Shown here piece by piece: positions 63,128-64,000 of a stretch of 64,000 nt of DNA (position 1 is its first letter; each line of letters opens with the position of its first letter). The stretch covers positions 23,317,410 through 23,381,409 of the forward strand of contig NC_081366.1 in NCBI RefSeq assembly GCF_030684315.1, read 5' to 3'. The translations under genes were made by a program, and so were the position numbers. The notes beneath the pieces were generated by a model. It was not told the DNA's origin. It did no database searches and saw only the letters and a list, made by a program, of their open reading frames with translations. The stretch comes from Stegostoma tigrinum (taxonomy: Eukaryota).

Positions 63128-64000
63128 TTTCATTTTGCTTTCTTTTGAAACTGATTATTAGGTTCCCAAGATGACTCCCATTAATGTTGAAAAGTGATTT
63201 AGTAATCCAACTCACAAAGTAGGTTAAAGCAATTCATTCCAAAACTAGCTAATATTAACTGTATCCTGATTGTTTCCATGTGAAATAACTTAAAATGGAT
63301 AATTAAATAGAAATGAATTGAGGCTACGCTGTAGAATTAGAGCCAGCTAATAGCAGATTGTTGGTTCCTGATAACTAACTGAAAGTTTTTGTTTATCATT
63401 TTCATAATCATCAACCACAACAGCCCAGATTTTGCAGTCAGTGTCAAAGCATTGGAACTTGTCATTAAACTGGAAGAAAGTTCACAAAGATCCATTGAAT
63501 TCTATGGCATGGCTTTCATTTCTGAATATCAATTTGAGTCTGCTGCAAAGTCAAAAGCACTTCCAGATGTTTACCAATGTTTATATAATTAAGCTGGACC
63601 ACCCCATCACGTGGAAGAGCTTACACAGACAGCGAACCAGGAAATCAAATATGATCATCACATCATCAACAAAATTTTGACTGTCATATTACAGAGTAAG
63701 ATAATAATGCTGGACATAGATTATATATTAAGGTTCAACTATCATGAACTAACTTTAAAAAAATGAATTCAAAAGTAGATTTTTTTTATCATTGTGGAAA
63801 AATTTAACATAACACAGAATAAGCATTACTTTTTAGTACTACTTCAGCAGTAATTATCAATTTAGTATGTTGTTAAATCCCGGTTATTTCGCAAGGTTTT
63901 TTTTCCACCATTTGTACAGCAAGGCTAATCATATGAAAAGGGAAGTTTTTTTTCAATTCAGTGATTTTGCATAGATTACATTGTGTAGAGACTTGAACAG
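63128..64000 (+). other. 3' UTR of shroom1-like gene (end not defined)
   Basis: AT-rich unique sequence after the stop; only ATTAAA variants (about 63302 and 63464) noticed, no clear AATAAA. Confidence 0.55.

Overview
Vertebrate genomic DNA, most likely from a cartilaginous fish (shark). This is inferred from the repeat content: a V-SINE/HE1-type SINE, abundant CR1, L2 and Rex1/Babar LINE relics, and Penelope-like elements. The window holds one protein-coding gene on the + strand, a Shroom-family actin/ROCK scaffold, best read as shroom1 (ASD1 + ASD2, no PDZ). I reconstructed seven coding exons with GT-AG junctions and consistent phases: 39342-41936, 43251-43318, 45006-45749, 46940-47446, 53338-53470, 55499-55771, 62873-63127 (4575 nt, 1524 aa + stop). 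A CpG-rich candidate promoter/first non-coding exon lies at about 4.1-4.6 kb, followed by a roughly 35 kb transposon-filled intron. The most notable non-genic signal is a set of Penelope-like retroelement fragments from at least two, probably three, families that carry minimal hammerhead ribozyme motifs (CTGAnGA-stem II-GAAAC-GTC). Several are in fold-back arrangements, have 9-16 bp target-site duplications and break at the ribozyme. Minimal hammerheads in Penelope elements are a known association, so only the local details may be new. No CRISPR, rRNA or genuine tRNA genes were seen. All calls were made by eye without database searches, and repeat boundaries are approximate.
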